A DNA stretch of 64,000 nucleotides from an uncultured Candidatus Saccharibacteria bacterium (GCA_963716565.1 OY970318.1:644284-708283); one strand, 5' to 3'; positions 37,746 through 48,212 are shown, counted from the first letter of the stretch. The notes: generated by a model from the sequence alone, not told the origin. Made by a program: numbers and translations.

Positions 37746-38312
37746 ATGCAAAAATTAAAAAAGATGATTCAACAAGATGGTGCCATTAAATTGCTAATCG
37801 CTTTAAGTTTGGTGGTTTTTGCGATTTTATTTAGGCTGTTGCCACACCCAGCCAACTTTGCGCCTATTGGGGCTATAGCTATTTTTGGCGGAGCAATATT
37901 ACCCAGACGATGGGCTTTAAGCTTGCCGCTGGCCGCCATGATAGTTAGTGACTTAATTATAGGTTTGCATCCACTGGTGTGGGTAACTTGGGGTAGCTTT
38001 TTAGTTATTGCTCTAGCTAGCAATCATTTTTTGCACAAAATTAACCCATCTAGAGTCATTGGTGCCAGTTTAAGCGCATCGGTTTTCTTTTTTGTTGTTA
38101 CTAACTTTGCAGTTTGGGCTCAAGGTTGGCTCTACCCAATTACCGCTCAAGGTCTGGCTAACTGTTATATAAACGCTTTGCCATTTTTTAGGAACACACT
38201 GCTTGGAGATCTAATTTTTAGCGCTGTGCTGTTTGGTGCCTACGCCTTAGTTTATAGATATGCTCTCAAAGGCAAGGGTAGTCTTAAGATTGCCACTGCC
38301 AAAAGCCTATAG
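37746..38312 (+). CDS. ECF S-component-like membrane protein (DUF6580/CbrT-like), probable corrinoid uptake
   Basis: 188 aa with 5-6 TM segments and FRLLPHPANFAPIGAIAIFGGA near the N-terminus. The start overlaps the DUF4430 stop (TAAATG), and the gene sits under the cobalamin riboswitch. Confidence 0.55.
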   Translation: MQKLKKMIQQDGAIKLLIALSLVVFAILFRLLPHPANFAPIGAIAIFGGAILPRRWALSLPLAAMIVSDLIIGLHPLVWVTWGSFLVIALASNHFLHKINPSRVIGASLSASVFFFVVTNFAVWAQGWLYPITAQGLANCYINALPFFRNTLLGDLIFSAVLFGAYALVYRYALKGKGSLKIATAKSL

Positions 38313-38315
38313 CCT

Positions 38316-39992
38316 TTAAGAATAATGAGACTGTAAATACTCTAAGTGTTTTTCACGGAAACGCTTAAACTCGGTTTTATTAAAGCCATTGTGTTTAATA
38401 AAGGCACCAATCTTTTCGCTGCCAATATAGTGGGGCATCATAACATAAGCTGCGCCGGCTTCGTAAAGTTCAGAGGCCTGGTTTGCCGAATCGGCAGCGC
38501 AAACAAATACGGCATTGGGATTAGTACGCTCTAACCAGCCAACCAAAAATAGGTTGGTGTCGTGGTCGCTAACTGTAGAAACTATCAGCTTGGCGTGGGC
38601 CATGTTTAGTTCGCTCAACAGCTCTAAGTCGGTAACGTCGCCGTAGATAAAGTTAATATCTTGGCTAGATAGAATATCAACAACTTCTGGGTCGTAGTCG
38701 ACAACCACAAACTTTTTGCCCATTTGTTCCATAACCCTAATAAACTCGCTGCCACCTTTTTTATAGCCGAACAAAATCATATCGAAGTTTTGAATATTGG
38801 AGTTTTCTTGCTTGGTCTTGCGTCTTTCGAACAGCGTTAGATTACGTTGCAGCAGATTATATAAATTGGTGCTGTAGGTCATAAGGTAGGCCGAGAAAGC
38901 AATGGTAACCAGCGAAACGATAGTGATGATGTTTACGATATCACCACGGATTAAGCCTTGTTGTACGCCCAAAACTACCAGTACAATCGAAAATTCACTA
39001 GTTTGGGTTATGGCTGTGCTTACCCTAAAGCCGGTATTTTTGGTGTAACCTAAAATACCCATTAGGCCCATAGTAATAAGTGGCTTAAAGAGCATAACAA
39101 TGGCACAAAAGATAACCACTGGCAGCCATACGGCGCCGAAGTTATCAAAGCTAAGCCGGGTGCCCAAAACAATAAAGAATACCACTACAAAGAAATCCCT
39201 TAAGGGTCTTAAGCGGGCGGCAATCTCTTGGGCGTAGGGTAGGCCCGCCAAAGCAACGCCAGCAAACAAAGCGCCGACTTCTATAGAAAAGCCTAATTGT
39301 TCAAATAATGCGGCCGCCCCAAAACCCCAACCAATAGCGAATAAAAACAGAAACTCTTGGCTGTTGGCAATAAGCTTGCTCATTTTTGGCAATATCAAGT
39401 AGCTAATCAAGAACATGGGGATGATAATTAGCGCTCCCTTGCCAGCTAAAGCTAGTAAAGTAGTTGCCGAAAAGCTACCGCCGCTTCTAGCAGCCACAAA
39501 GATCAGAACAATAGATGCCAAAACATCTTGAATTAGCAGAATACCGATAGTAATTTTGCCGTACAAACGGGTGTGCTCTTTTTTGTCAGATAATATTTTT
39601 AAAACGATAATTGTACTGCTAAAAGCTAAAGCTAGGCCAACAAATACGCTTTCGGTTTTGTTGTATCCAAACATTCGCCCAGCTGCGAAGCCAGCGATTG
39701 TTGTTAGGGTCATCTGCACTAACCCGGCAATGGCCGCGACCCTACCGACTTCTCGGATTACTCGAGGGTTTAGGCCGAGGCCGATAATGAATAGCAGAAG
39801 GGCGATGCCAATACTAGCGAAGATATCAATTGTTTGGCTGCTAGTTGAGGAGTTGAATAATGATGGCCCAACAATTAGGCCAGTTAAAATGTACCCAATA
39901 ATTAGAGGCTGCCTAATAAGGCGCATTATCAATGCAATCACAGCTCCGATGGCTATGACTACGCTAAGCTCAGTAAAAAAATCCGCATTCAT
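38316..39992 (-). CDS. cation:proton antiporter with C-terminal RCK/TrkA-N domain (Kef-type)
   Basis: 558 aa. About 12 TM segments of a Na+/H+ exchanger-like domain plus a C-terminal Rossmann region (ILFGYKKGGSEF..VVVDYDPE). Confidence 0.8.
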   Translation of the reverse strand: MNADFFTELSVVIAIGAVIALIMRLIRQPLIIGYILTGLIVGPSLFNSSTSSQTIDIFASIGIALLLFIIGLGLNPRVIREVGRVAAIAGLVQMTLTTIAGFAAGRMFGYNKTESVFVGLALAFSSTIIVLKILSDKKEHTRLYGKITIGILLIQDVLASIVLIFVAARSGGSFSATTLLALAGKGALIIIPMFLISYLILPKMSKLIANSQEFLFLFAIGWGFGAAALFEQLGFSIEVGALFAGVALAGLPYAQEIAARLRPLRDFFVVVFFIVLGTRLSFDNFGAVWLPVVIFCAIVMLFKPLITMGLMGILGYTKNTGFRVSTAITQTSEFSIVLVVLGVQQGLIRGDIVNIITIVSLVTIAFSAYLMTYSTNLYNLLQRNLTLFERRKTKQENSNIQNFDMILFGYKKGGSEFIRVMEQMGKKFVVVDYDPEVVDILSSQDINFIYGDVTDLELLSELNMAHAKLIVSTVSDHDTNLFLVGWLERTNPNAVFVCAADSANQASELYEAGAAYVMMPHYIGSEKIGAFIKHNGFNKTEFKRFREKHLEYLQSHYS

Positions 39993-40308
39993 TTTTTGTT
40001 TACCTTAACCTTAATAAGCATACAGTAAAACATTCCTACTGGGCAATCTTATGGCCGTCTCAATACAAAATGACCTTGACTTTAGGTTAAGCGTTTTGCT
40101 AGAATCAACCTCATTGTCCTAGTCGGGAGACAAAAATTAAAAAAAGAAAAAGGTAAGAGCTTTATTAAGTGACGCCTTAAAAAATACACACTGTTAAGTG
40201 AGGCTTTTTATGCTCATAAAAATCAAAAATCACCGTTCGAAGTCTTATTATATTGACGTCAAAGTCAAGCCGGCTTCTTGGCAGATTTACATTGAATATT
40301 AAACTTTA

Positions 40309-40935
40309 CTAATTGGCGCTAGTTTGCAGGACGGCTTCGATTTTAGCCGAAAAACCCTCTAGGGTGTTGATGTCGTTATTGTCAAGCTTCTCGCCATTCA
40401 AAAAATAAGTTGGCGTACCTTCAACGCCAACTTTGCTGCTGGCTGTTTTATCGGCATTAATAGTGCCATTAACGGTTTCGCTGGCATAGTCTGAACTAAA
40501 CCGGCCGAGATCTAGGCCTAAGCTACTGGCATACTGTTCAAATGTAGTTTGAGGGTTACTGGCTGCCGACCAGCTGTCTTGATTTTCGTAAAGCATATCG
40601 TGCATCTCAAAGAATTTACCCTGTAAGCCAGCAGCTTCGGCCGCTCTAGCAGCCGCTCTGGCATTGGGGTGGATGCTATCGATAGGAAAATGCTTAAAAG
40701 TAAGGGTAATTTGGTTAGGATATTTTTCTAAGATTTGTTTTTCTAGGTAGTAGAACGGACGGCAAACGGGGCACTGGAAGTCGCCGTACACTGTTATCTC
40801 TACCGGGCCGCTGCCTCGAACATGGTTGCTAACGCTACCGCTAGTATCTGTGGAATTTCTACCCTTTGTAAATATAAATAGACCACCCAAGCCTAAGATT
40901 AGTATGGCTAGTACCACTAAAAAGCGTTTATCCAC
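40309..40935 (-). CDS. DsbA-family thiol:disulfide oxidoreductase
   Basis: 208 aa. TM anchor, CPVC active site and a thioredoxin fold with GTPTYFLNG. Confidence 0.8.
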   Translation of the reverse strand: MDKRFLVVLAILILGLGGLFIFTKGRNSTDTSGSVSNHVRGSGPVEITVYGDFQCPVCRPFYYLEKQILEKYPNQITLTFKHFPIDSIHPNARAAARAAEAAGLQGKFFEMHDMLYENQDSWSAASNPQTTFEQYASSLGLDLGRFSSDYASETVNGTINADKTASSKVGVEGTPTYFLNGEKLDNNDINTLEGFSAKIEAVLQTSAN

Positions 40936-41079
40936 AATCCCTCCAACAAATTAATTTACAGCGGCTATTGTAACAGTTTTGGCCAAAAATAAGGCCACCT
41001 TTTTAGATTTTGTCATAGCCATCCCAACATAAAAAGCATTATTTTATTTTGGGATGGCTATAGTTATGCTACCTTAGTA

Positions 41080-42117
41080 ATGAAGCTTATGATTCAAATT
41101 ATTTTGTTAGTCGCCAGTATCTTATTAACATTCTTTATTGTGCTGTTAATTAGAAGTTTTGAGTACATGACTGTTAGGGAATTAAAGCGGCAGTCACTTG
41201 CTGGTAATCCGTATGCCAAGGTTGTCTATCCGGTGAGAGCCTATGGCATTCAGCTATGGATTATATTGTGGTCTTGGCAGGGCATATTAACTTCGGGAAT
41301 AATCTTGCTGTTACACATTATGGTTGGATCAGTCTGGACGCTAGTTATCAGCATACCGTTAATTATTTTGGTTCATGCGGTTTTACCATGGAGCCGTTGG
41401 CCCAAACCGAGCCTTCATTTAGCAGCCATTGCTAGCCCAATCATTGAAAGGATACTTAAAATTACTTATCCGGTCTTACAGTTCGGGGAAAAAGCCGTTG
41501 GTAAATGGATACAACCGGAGCCGATTTTACTAATTCAAAGTAAAGATGAACTGCTAGAAATATTACGGCACAATGCCGAAGAGTTTGATCATGTTAACCC
41601 CGACGAACTAAAAATTGCCGAAAAAGCGCTTGTTTTTGGTGATAAGTTAATTGGCGACCATATGACGCCCTTAAAAGATGTTTGTTTTGTAAAGGCTGAA
41701 GAGCAATTAACGCCGGTGGTGCTTGGTGAACTGCACGATAGTGGCCATTCACGGTTCCCGGTAATTCGTGGCACCAATCAAAACATTGTTGGTACCTTAT
41801 TCATAAAAGACGCCCTGCAGATAAAAGATCTAAAAAGAGCTTTTGAAGTAATGCGTCCAGACGTTTATTTTATTAATGAACATCAAACTCTAGACCATGC
41901 CCTAAAGGCTTTTGTTAAGGTTCGACACCACATGTTTGTAGTTGTTAATGAATTTGAAGACGTAGTTGGCGTGCTATCGGTAGAAGATGTTTTAGAACAG
42001 ATAATTGGCCGGCAAATGGGTGATGAGTTTGAGCAATTTGACGATAAAAAAGTTGTAGCCAAACATCATCTACCAGAAAAGCCAGCAGAACCAGAAACGG
42101 TTGCTCATAACGTCTAG
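41080..42117 (+). CDS. CNNM/DUF21 transmembrane domain + CBS-pair protein (hemolysin/CorC family)
   Basis: 345 aa. 4 TM segments at the N-terminus, then two CBS-like repeats (HDSGHSRFPVI..., HHMFVVVNEFEDVVGVLSVEDVLEQI). Confidence 0.75.
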   Translation: MKLMIQIILLVASILLTFFIVLLIRSFEYMTVRELKRQSLAGNPYAKVVYPVRAYGIQLWIILWSWQGILTSGIILLLHIMVGSVWTLVISIPLIILVHAVLPWSRWPKPSLHLAAIASPIIERILKITYPVLQFGEKAVGKWIQPEPILLIQSKDELLEILRHNAEEFDHVNPDELKIAEKALVFGDKLIGDHMTPLKDVCFVKAEEQLTPVVLGELHDSGHSRFPVIRGTNQNIVGTLFIKDALQIKDLKRAFEVMRPDVYFINEHQTLDHALKAFVKVRHHMFVVVNEFEDVVGVLSVEDVLEQIIGRQMGDEFEQFDDKKVVAKHHLPEKPAEPETVAHNV

Positions 42118-42143
42118 CAGCCTATCTGTTATAATTAGCTTTA

Positions 42144-43454
42144 ATGAGAACATTAGCCAAAGATATAGCTAGTCAAGCCGATAAAAAAGTTACTTTATCT
42201 GGCTGGCTGCACAAAAAAAGATTGCTGGGCGGATTAACTTTTATTAACTTACGTGACCGATCGGGCGTTGCCCAGGTTTTGGTTGAAGATAAAGACGAAG
42301 TCGAAAAACTAAGAGGCCTACAAATTGGCACGGTCATGTCGGTTACGGGCAAGGTTTTTAAAGACGAACGAGCTCCGGGTGGCGCCGAGTTGCACGAGGC
42401 CACAATTGACGTTTTAGTGCCAGTTACCGATACGCCTCCACTAGAAATTGATAAACCCCTAGATCACCAGTCGGAAAACCTAGACACTTTATTTGAGTAT
42501 CGGGTAGTAGGCTTGCGCAACCTGCAAGAAACCGCCATTTTTAAAATCCGTTCCGAAGTAAACCGTTTTATTAGGGAGTATCTTTGGGCCAATGACTTTG
42601 TAGAGATGCAGACTCCTAAGCTAGTAGCTGGAGCAACCGAAGGTGGCGCCGAAGTTTTTAAATTAGATTATTTTGGCCAAGAAGCCACTTTAGCCCAAAG
42701 CCCGCAGTTTTATAAGCAGATTATGGTTGGCGTCTTTGAAAGAGTGTTTGAAATTGGGCCAGCTTACCGAGCGGAGTTATCGGCTACAACCCGGCACGTC
42801 ACCGAGGTGACGATGTTAGATATAGAAATGGGCTTTATAGAAAAGCACGGTGACGTGTTAGATATGGTTCAGGGCCTAGTTTACGAAGCATCCCAAAGAG
42901 TTTTTAAAGATTGTGCCGAGCAGGTAAAGCGGCTGAATCTACAGCCCATAAAACTAAAGCCCGAATTCCCACGCTTTAGTGTTGCCGAAATCCACGAGCT
43001 TTACACTAAAGCTACCAAGAATGACACAACTAACGAAAAAGATTTAATCCCTGACGAAGAAAAATGGATATGTGAGTACGCTAAAGAAAAGTTTGGCTGC
43101 GAAGCTGTTTTTGCAACCGATTTCCCCATAGAAGCTATGAAGTTTTACCACGGCATTAACCCCGACAATCCTAAAACTGCACTTTGGGCGGACCTATTGT
43201 TTAGAGGCGTAGAAATTGCTACTTGCCCAGTTCGTGAGCACCACTACGAAAAGCTGATTCAGCAAATGAAGCAAGCTGGCCTAGATATTAACCATCCTGG
43301 CTATAAGTACTACTTGCAAGCTTTTCAATACGGCTTGCCAATGCATGGCGGCTGTGGTTTTGGAATCGATCGTTTTGTGCAAAAACTTTTGGGCCTAGCC
43401 AACGTTAAAGAAGCTATTTTGTTCCCGCGAGATATCAATCGTTTAGCGCCTTAA
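42144..43454 (+). CDS. aspS: class IIb aminoacyl-tRNA synthetase, archaeal-type aspartate--tRNA ligase (possibly non-discriminating)
   Basis: 436 aa. N-terminal OB anticodon-binding domain, QSPQFYKQ, YRAE...TRH (motif 2) and GGCGFGIDR (motif 3). By eye I cannot fully exclude AsnRS. Confidence 0.7.
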   Translation: MRTLAKDIASQADKKVTLSGWLHKKRLLGGLTFINLRDRSGVAQVLVEDKDEVEKLRGLQIGTVMSVTGKVFKDERAPGGAELHEATIDVLVPVTDTPPLEIDKPLDHQSENLDTLFEYRVVGLRNLQETAIFKIRSEVNRFIREYLWANDFVEMQTPKLVAGATEGGAEVFKLDYFGQEATLAQSPQFYKQIMVGVFERVFEIGPAYRAELSATTRHVTEVTMLDIEMGFIEKHGDVLDMVQGLVYEASQRVFKDCAEQVKRLNLQPIKLKPEFPRFSVAEIHELYTKATKNDTTNEKDLIPDEEKWICEYAKEKFGCEAVFATDFPIEAMKFYHGINPDNPKTALWADLLFRGVEIATCPVREHHYEKLIQQMKQAGLDINHPGYKYYLQAFQYGLPMHGGCGFGIDRFVQKLLGLANVKEAILFPRDINRLAP

Positions 43455-43483
43455 ATTATCTTTTAGAATGCTACAATTAAAAC

Positions 43484-44044
43484 ATGATAAAAAGATTGCT
43501 AGCTATTGGTTTGATTTGCCTGGGATTTGTTGCTCTGCCAGTGCTAGCCCAAGCCCCAACAACTACAACTGAACGCCTGCAACAAGCAGTAATAGACAAT
43601 AGTATTGCCTTAAACAGCGAGCAGCAAGCAGCCATTACGGCTAAGTGCTTAAACGCTCAAACGATTTTGTACAAAATTCAAAGAGGTACCGATTCGCTTA
43701 TTGAAGAACGCTATACGTTATATACAACTATCCAACAAGAGCTTCAGGCCATCAAGTTAAGGATGGTTAGGCAGGGGGCTGATGCGTCAGAAACCGATTT
43801 ACTAACCGGGAAAATACAGCAAGCCTTAGAAGATTTTGGCGTAAAAGCCGAAGATTATGAGCTGGCATTGTCGGACGTAATTAGCGTTAACTGCCAGCAA
43901 CAGCCGGTATTATTCCAAGCCGGCATGGTAGTCATGAGATTAAAAAGAGCATTGTTGCTAGATTCGTCTTTGCAACTCAAAGCAGTTATGCAAAATGCCG
44001 ATGACGATGTTTTTGGGCAGCTAAAAAGAAGGCTGGTAATTTAG
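43484..44044 (+). CDS. secreted hypothetical protein
   Basis: 186 aa. Signal peptide (LPVLAQA), helical, 2 Cys. Confidence 0.5.
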   Translation: MIKRLLAIGLICLGFVALPVLAQAPTTTTERLQQAVIDNSIALNSEQQAAITAKCLNAQTILYKIQRGTDSLIEERYTLYTTIQQELQAIKLRMVRQGADASETDLLTGKIQQALEDFGVKAEDYELALSDVISVNCQQQPVLFQAGMVVMRLKRALLLDSSLQLKAVMQNADDDVFGQLKRRLVI

Positions 44045-44046
44045 CC

Positions 44047-44370
44047 ATGGCCGATAAATCACCAACTGAAGCTATAAAAGGCCTTAATCCAACCGTGGCT
44101 ATAGCTCTGGCTATTTTAATAGCCTCTGCCATGGTTTTGGGCACTACGCTTGGCTTTTTACGTTCTGATGCCTACACAACGGTAAAGCAGATACAACTTG
44201 GTATTGAGACTACTGAATCAATGGACCGAACTGGCCTAGACATTACTAGCCCTATAAACGCCATTGATATTGATGATTATGCCAATAGTATTGACCAGCG
44301 CATAAAACTGATTGACGATTATGCTGATTTTGGGCCACAGGCCGTATCGGACGCTCAGTTAGGGCTGTGA
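44047..44370 (+). CDS. small membrane protein, hypothetical
   Basis: 107 aa with one TM helix. Adjacent to, and probably co-transcribed with, 43484-44044. Confidence 0.45.
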   Translation: MADKSPTEAIKGLNPTVAIALAILIASAMVLGTTLGFLRSDAYTTVKQIQLGIETTESMDRTGLDITSPINAIDIDDYANSIDQRIKLIDDYADFGPQAVSDAQLGL

Positions 44371-45657
44371 TTTAGCCAAACTCTGTTTTAGCCATTCATC
44401 TAAGCTGTTGCCGCCGCCTCCGGCCAGGCAAATAACTAAGTCACCGCTTGAAGCATGTTGTTTAATGGCTTCTAGTAGAGCGTCGTTTTTATTGGCAGCC
44501 ACAGCATTAGTTTGGGAGCTTAATTTAGAGATTAAATACTCTGGCGTTAATACTTCTTGGGCAGGGTTTTCGCGGGCCAAGTAGCTGGGCACCCAGTAAA
44601 CCTTTTTGACCGGCTCAAAGACGTGGTAGTAGGCGTCTTGCATATAATGCTGACGCCGATTAGTCAGTGGTTCGTATACGGCCACAACTCGGTCGGATAG
44701 TTCGCTGGCCATTTGTAAGGTTGCAGCAATTTCTTCGGGAGTATGGGCATAGTCACTGTAGATATTGGTAGCTATTTGTTCAAAGCGCCTAGATATGCCA
44801 GGGAAGGCGTTAACGGCATCCGTTACCTTGTCGTTTTCGAGTTGCAGGCAACTACCGATAGCCTTAGCCGCCAACCAACCGTTTTGCCGATTGTGTAGCC
44901 CGGGCAACTTAATTGAACTTAGCTTTTCGTCTGCAATATCGATTATTTTTAATTTGTCGCTGGGTTCTAGGCTAAGACACTTCGCGTCTCTATCAAAAAT
45001 AAAAGCTGTTTGGCTTTGACTAATGAACTGTCTAAAAGCTTGGCTGTAATCGTCAGCCGTTGGATAAACATCGTGGTGATCCCAATCAACAGAAGTGATG
45101 ATACTTAGGTAGGGTTTGAAGGCTAAAAAGTTACGGTCAAACTCATCGCATTCATAAACAAAGTATTGAGCATTTGGGTCGTAGTGCCCCATATCTTTTT
45201 TATTGGCACCAAGGCCTATTTTAGCGCCAACTGAGTAGCTCACGGGGATATTTAACTGATTCAGAATCCAAACCGTCATAGCCGTAGTGGTAGACTTGCC
45301 GTGCGTGCCAGCTATGGCAATCAATTTTAGATTATGTTCATTGATTAGAGTGTTCAAAAACTCGTCGCGCTTGCTAAATTTAATGCCATTTTGTTTAGCG
45401 AACTGTAGTTCGGCGTTGTTGGGATCAAAGAATATGGCCGATGAAAAAACTATCCAATCAATTGGGCGCTGCTGGTGTTCTAAGGCTATTTGCTGGGCAG
45501 ATTGCCCAATGTGTAACTCTACACCCTTAGCCTTTAGTATTTCTGTATACTGGCTAGCTTGCATATCTGAACCAGAGACATCATAGCCAGCTTGATGGGC
45601 AATTAAGGCCAAAGGCCCGATGCCGGCGCCACCAATACCCGAAAAGTAGACATGCAT
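44359..45657 (-). CDS. murC: UDP-N-acetylmuramate--L-alanine ligase (Mur ligase family)
   Basis: 432 aa. N-terminal FSGIGGAGIGPLALIAHQAGYDVSGSD, a GTHGKSTTT P-loop and a Mur ligase C-terminal domain. By eye I cannot exclude Mpl. Confidence 0.8.
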   Translation of the reverse strand: MHVYFSGIGGAGIGPLALIAHQAGYDVSGSDMQASQYTEILKAKGVELHIGQSAQQIALEHQQRPIDWIVFSSAIFFDPNNAELQFAKQNGIKFSKRDEFLNTLINEHNLKLIAIAGTHGKSTTTAMTVWILNQLNIPVSYSVGAKIGLGANKKDMGHYDPNAQYFVYECDEFDRNFLAFKPYLSIITSVDWDHHDVYPTADDYSQAFRQFISQSQTAFIFDRDAKCLSLEPSDKLKIIDIADEKLSSIKLPGLHNRQNGWLAAKAIGSCLQLENDKVTDAVNAFPGISRRFEQIATNIYSDYAHTPEEIAATLQMASELSDRVVAVYEPLTNRRQHYMQDAYYHVFEPVKKVYWVPSYLARENPAQEVLTPEYLISKLSSQTNAVAANKNDALLEAIKQHASSGDLVICLAGGGGNSLDEWLKQSLAKSQP

Positions 45658-45765
45658 ACCATTAATCTTAACCCATTAGCTTTCGGGCGACAAACCCCTT
45701 GGCTAATGCCATGGGCGTTTGATTTCTGCTACTATAAAAGCATAAGCTTCTGAAACAACTACAAA

Positions 45766-46380
45766 ATGAGCATTCATACTTTTTACGGCAAATGGCACCA
45801 CTATCGAGTTATCTCTTTGGTGAGTATAGTTGCAGGCCTAATAATCAGTTCTGGCATTTGCGTTTACGGTCTAAGACAAAATAATTTAACGATGACTCGC
45901 TTGCGTCAGGCCGTTTATGCAACCGATCAGGCCGACGGTGACCTTGAGACAGCCTTGAACAACCTAAGGCAATTCGTTTACGGTCACATGAACACCGATT
46001 TAAGAGTAGGCGATAGCACTGAACCGCCAATTCAACTAGTTAATGAATTCAATCGAGCCGTCGAAGCCGAAAGGGCTAGGGTTGCTGCCTTAACGGGTAC
46101 GGCTAATCAGGTTTATGTTGATGCCCAAAGGCAGTGCGAGGTCTCTAGTGTGCCGTTAACGGTTAGGGCCCAGTGTATTCAAAGCTATGTGTCTTCCCAT
46201 GCTTCAAATTTACCAGAACTAAATTTACCACCCAAAGAAGCTTACACCTTTGATTTTGCCAGCCCCACTTGGTCGCCAGACTTAGCCGGCTGGTCATTAC
46301 TAATCGCAATTGCTTTTGCGGTATTGCTCATTATTAGATTAATAACCGGTTTGTTTATTGGCAGGTATCTAAAACAATAA
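45766..46380 (+). CDS. membrane protein, hypothetical (N- and C-terminal TM helices)
   Basis: 204-aa ORF. No family recognised. Confidence 0.5.
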   Translation: MSIHTFYGKWHHYRVISLVSIVAGLIISSGICVYGLRQNNLTMTRLRQAVYATDQADGDLETALNNLRQFVYGHMNTDLRVGDSTEPPIQLVNEFNRAVEAERARVAALTGTANQVYVDAQRQCEVSSVPLTVRAQCIQSYVSSHASNLPELNLPPKEAYTFDFASPTWSPDLAGWSLLIAIAFAVLLIIRLITGLFIGRYLKQ

Positions 46381-46405
46381 CCCCCCGTTATTAACGGAGG
46401 GTTAT
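46377..46405. terminator. stem-loop between convergent genes
   Basis: ATAACCCCCCGT-tatta-ACGGAGGGTTAT, imperfect. Confidence 0.45.
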
Positions 46406-46425
46406 ATTGCTCGTAACGCTGAGTA

Positions 46426-47016
46426 TTATCTAGTAGTCGACGGTGTTGGGGTAGAAGTAGGAGTTGGAGTAGTTGCGGTACCATTCTTTTGGTATTCGCG
46501 GATAGCGGTTACTACTTGGCCATCTTCCTTTAAGTTTTCCCAGAACATTACAGTATCTTTAGAAATATACATAGCATCTTCTGGGCCATGGATCTCGCTG
46601 CCAAGCTTGGCAAGGGAAATCTGTTGTTGAGCAGTGGTTTCTGCGTCGGATGGCTGAACGGTAGTTACTCTTACATAATAAATATCAGTAAGTTTGTAGT
46701 AGTCTTTGTTTAGCTGACTAAGCTTACCAAAATAGACTTGCCCGTCGGCACTATTTAAGAATACTGCCTGGTACTGGTTATCTTTGGCTTCTGATAAATC
46801 AGCAGAGCTATTGCCGTATACAAAAACATATACAACTAGAGCTACTAGTAGCACGGCTACGCAAGCTAACAGTAAGGCCGAGAAAGCCCTAAAGCCCTTG
46901 CCCTTAAAACCTAATTTTTTTGCTCTCCCTGTTAGGGGTTGTGGAACGGGACCGCCCACATTAGTTCGATTTACGGCCGGTGCAGGATGCCCAACTCGAT
47001 TCAAATAGTCACTCAT
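46426..47016 (-). CDS. membrane-anchored hypothetical protein with C-terminal PT-rich tail
   Basis: 196 aa. TM helix at ~aa 45-70, ending in TTPTPTSTPTPSTTR. Confidence 0.55.
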   Translation of the reverse strand: MSDYLNRVGHPAPAVNRTNVGGPVPQPLTGRAKKLGFKGKGFRAFSALLLACVAVLLVALVVYVFVYGNSSADLSEAKDNQYQAVFLNSADGQVYFGKLSQLNKDYYKLTDIYYVRVTTVQPSDAETTAQQQISLAKLGSEIHGPEDAMYISKDTVMFWENLKEDGQVVTAIREYQKNGTATTPTPTSTPTPSTTR

Positions 47017-47183
47017 AGTCTCCCTTTACCTCTTTTATGTTGCTAATGCTTGTAAAAGCAGTGTAACCCAAAGCATTAGCTATTAATCAAGTAGTTTTAC
47101 AAAAAAATAAAAAAAGTGTTGACAAGAGCAAAACTAACAGAGTATGTTAGGAGTACAACTAACAGTGTAAGAAGGAGATTAAA

Positions 47184-47390
47184 GTGGCCTATCAGCACAC
47201 GAACTCAAAAGGGGTAACCTACTTCTTGAATTCCAAGGAAGTTACCTTGCGCGGTGGCAAAAAGCAAACCATTTATTACTTCAGCAAGGACAAGAGAGCC
47301 GAGACAATCGATGCTCTACCAGCAGGTTTTATGGTCAACGAAAACCCACGCAATGGTTTCTTGACCATCAAGCGCAAAAAAAACAAGTAA
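47184..47390 (+). CDS. small basic hypothetical protein
   Basis: 68 aa. GTG start with AAGGAG 8 nt upstream, a TTGACA promoter-like hexamer at ~47121, and a terminator immediately downstream. Confidence 0.5.
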   Translation: MAYQHTNSKGVTYFLNSKEVTLRGGKKQTIYYFSKDKRAETIDALPAGFMVNENPRNGFLTIKRKKNK

Positions 47391-47402
47391 AGTCTATAAA
47401 AT

Positions 47403-47435
47403 AAAAAGGACCGCTCTTAAAAAGCGGTCCTTTTT
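47403..47435. terminator. bidirectional intrinsic terminator
   Basis: AAAAAGGACCGCT-cttaaaa-AGCGGTCCTTTTT. Confidence 0.8.
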
Positions 47436-47456
47436 ATGATGATAAGCTATTAACCA

Positions 47457-48211
47457 ATGAAAGATATTGTTAAAGTCCAAAACCTAACAAACAGTACAAC
47501 GGACAAACAGTTGTAGACCATATCTCTTTTTCGGTTAAGCAAGGAGAGGTCTTTGGTATCTTAGGGCCTAACGGCGCCGGTAAGACCACTACCCTAGAAA
47601 TGATCGAAACTATTCGCCCGATAGATGAAGGCAGTGCTCATATTAATGGCATCGACGTCTCTAAAGATCCCCAAAAAGTAAAATATATTATTGGCGTTCA
47701 GCCACAGATCCCGGCTTTTCAAGATAAGAGTAAACTTAAAGAAGTTATAGAAATGTTTGCGGCCGCTTACGGCGAAAAAGCCGACTACAAGACTTTGTTA
47801 GACGATGTTGATTTATTAGATAGGGCTGACTCTTATGTCGAACAACTGTCTGGTGGTCAAAAACAGCGCTTAAGTATTGCCGTTTCGCTGGTACACAATC
47901 CCAAAGTCTTTTTTATGGATGAGCCCACTACCGGGTTAGATCCACAAGCTCGTCGCCATTTGTGGGAGCTAGTAAAAAGCATCAATGCCAAAGGGGTCAC
48001 CGTAATCATCACTACTCACTATATGGAAGAGGCCGAAATGCTCTGTGACAGAGTGGCCATTATGGACAACGGCAAGATTGTTGCCCTAGATTCACCCAAA
48101 GTCTTGATTAAGCAATTGCTGGCTAGGGGCTTCAAAAAGAAGCATATCGTAGAGCAGGCTAATCTAGAAGATGTCTTTATTGATTTAACCGGTCACCATT
48201 TAAGGGATTAA
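47457..48211 (+). pseudogene. ABC transporter ATP-binding protein, interrupted by a 1-nt deletion
   Basis: MKDIVKVQNLT (frame of ATG 47457) stops at 47514. A different frame continues KQYNGQTVVDHISFSVKQGEVFGILGPNGAGKTT (Walker A) through LSGGQ and Walker B. The frames join at the A-run 47489-91. Confidence 0.75.
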
Positions 48212-48212
48212 C

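Noticed and set aside
40080-40215. Promoter-like TTGACT-18-TAGAAT (about 40076-40105) followed by ~100 nt with repeated TTAAGTGA(C/G)GC, considered as an sRNA
   Set aside because: I could find no convincing terminator or conserved-looking structure. It is a possible orphan promoter only, too weak to report as a feature.
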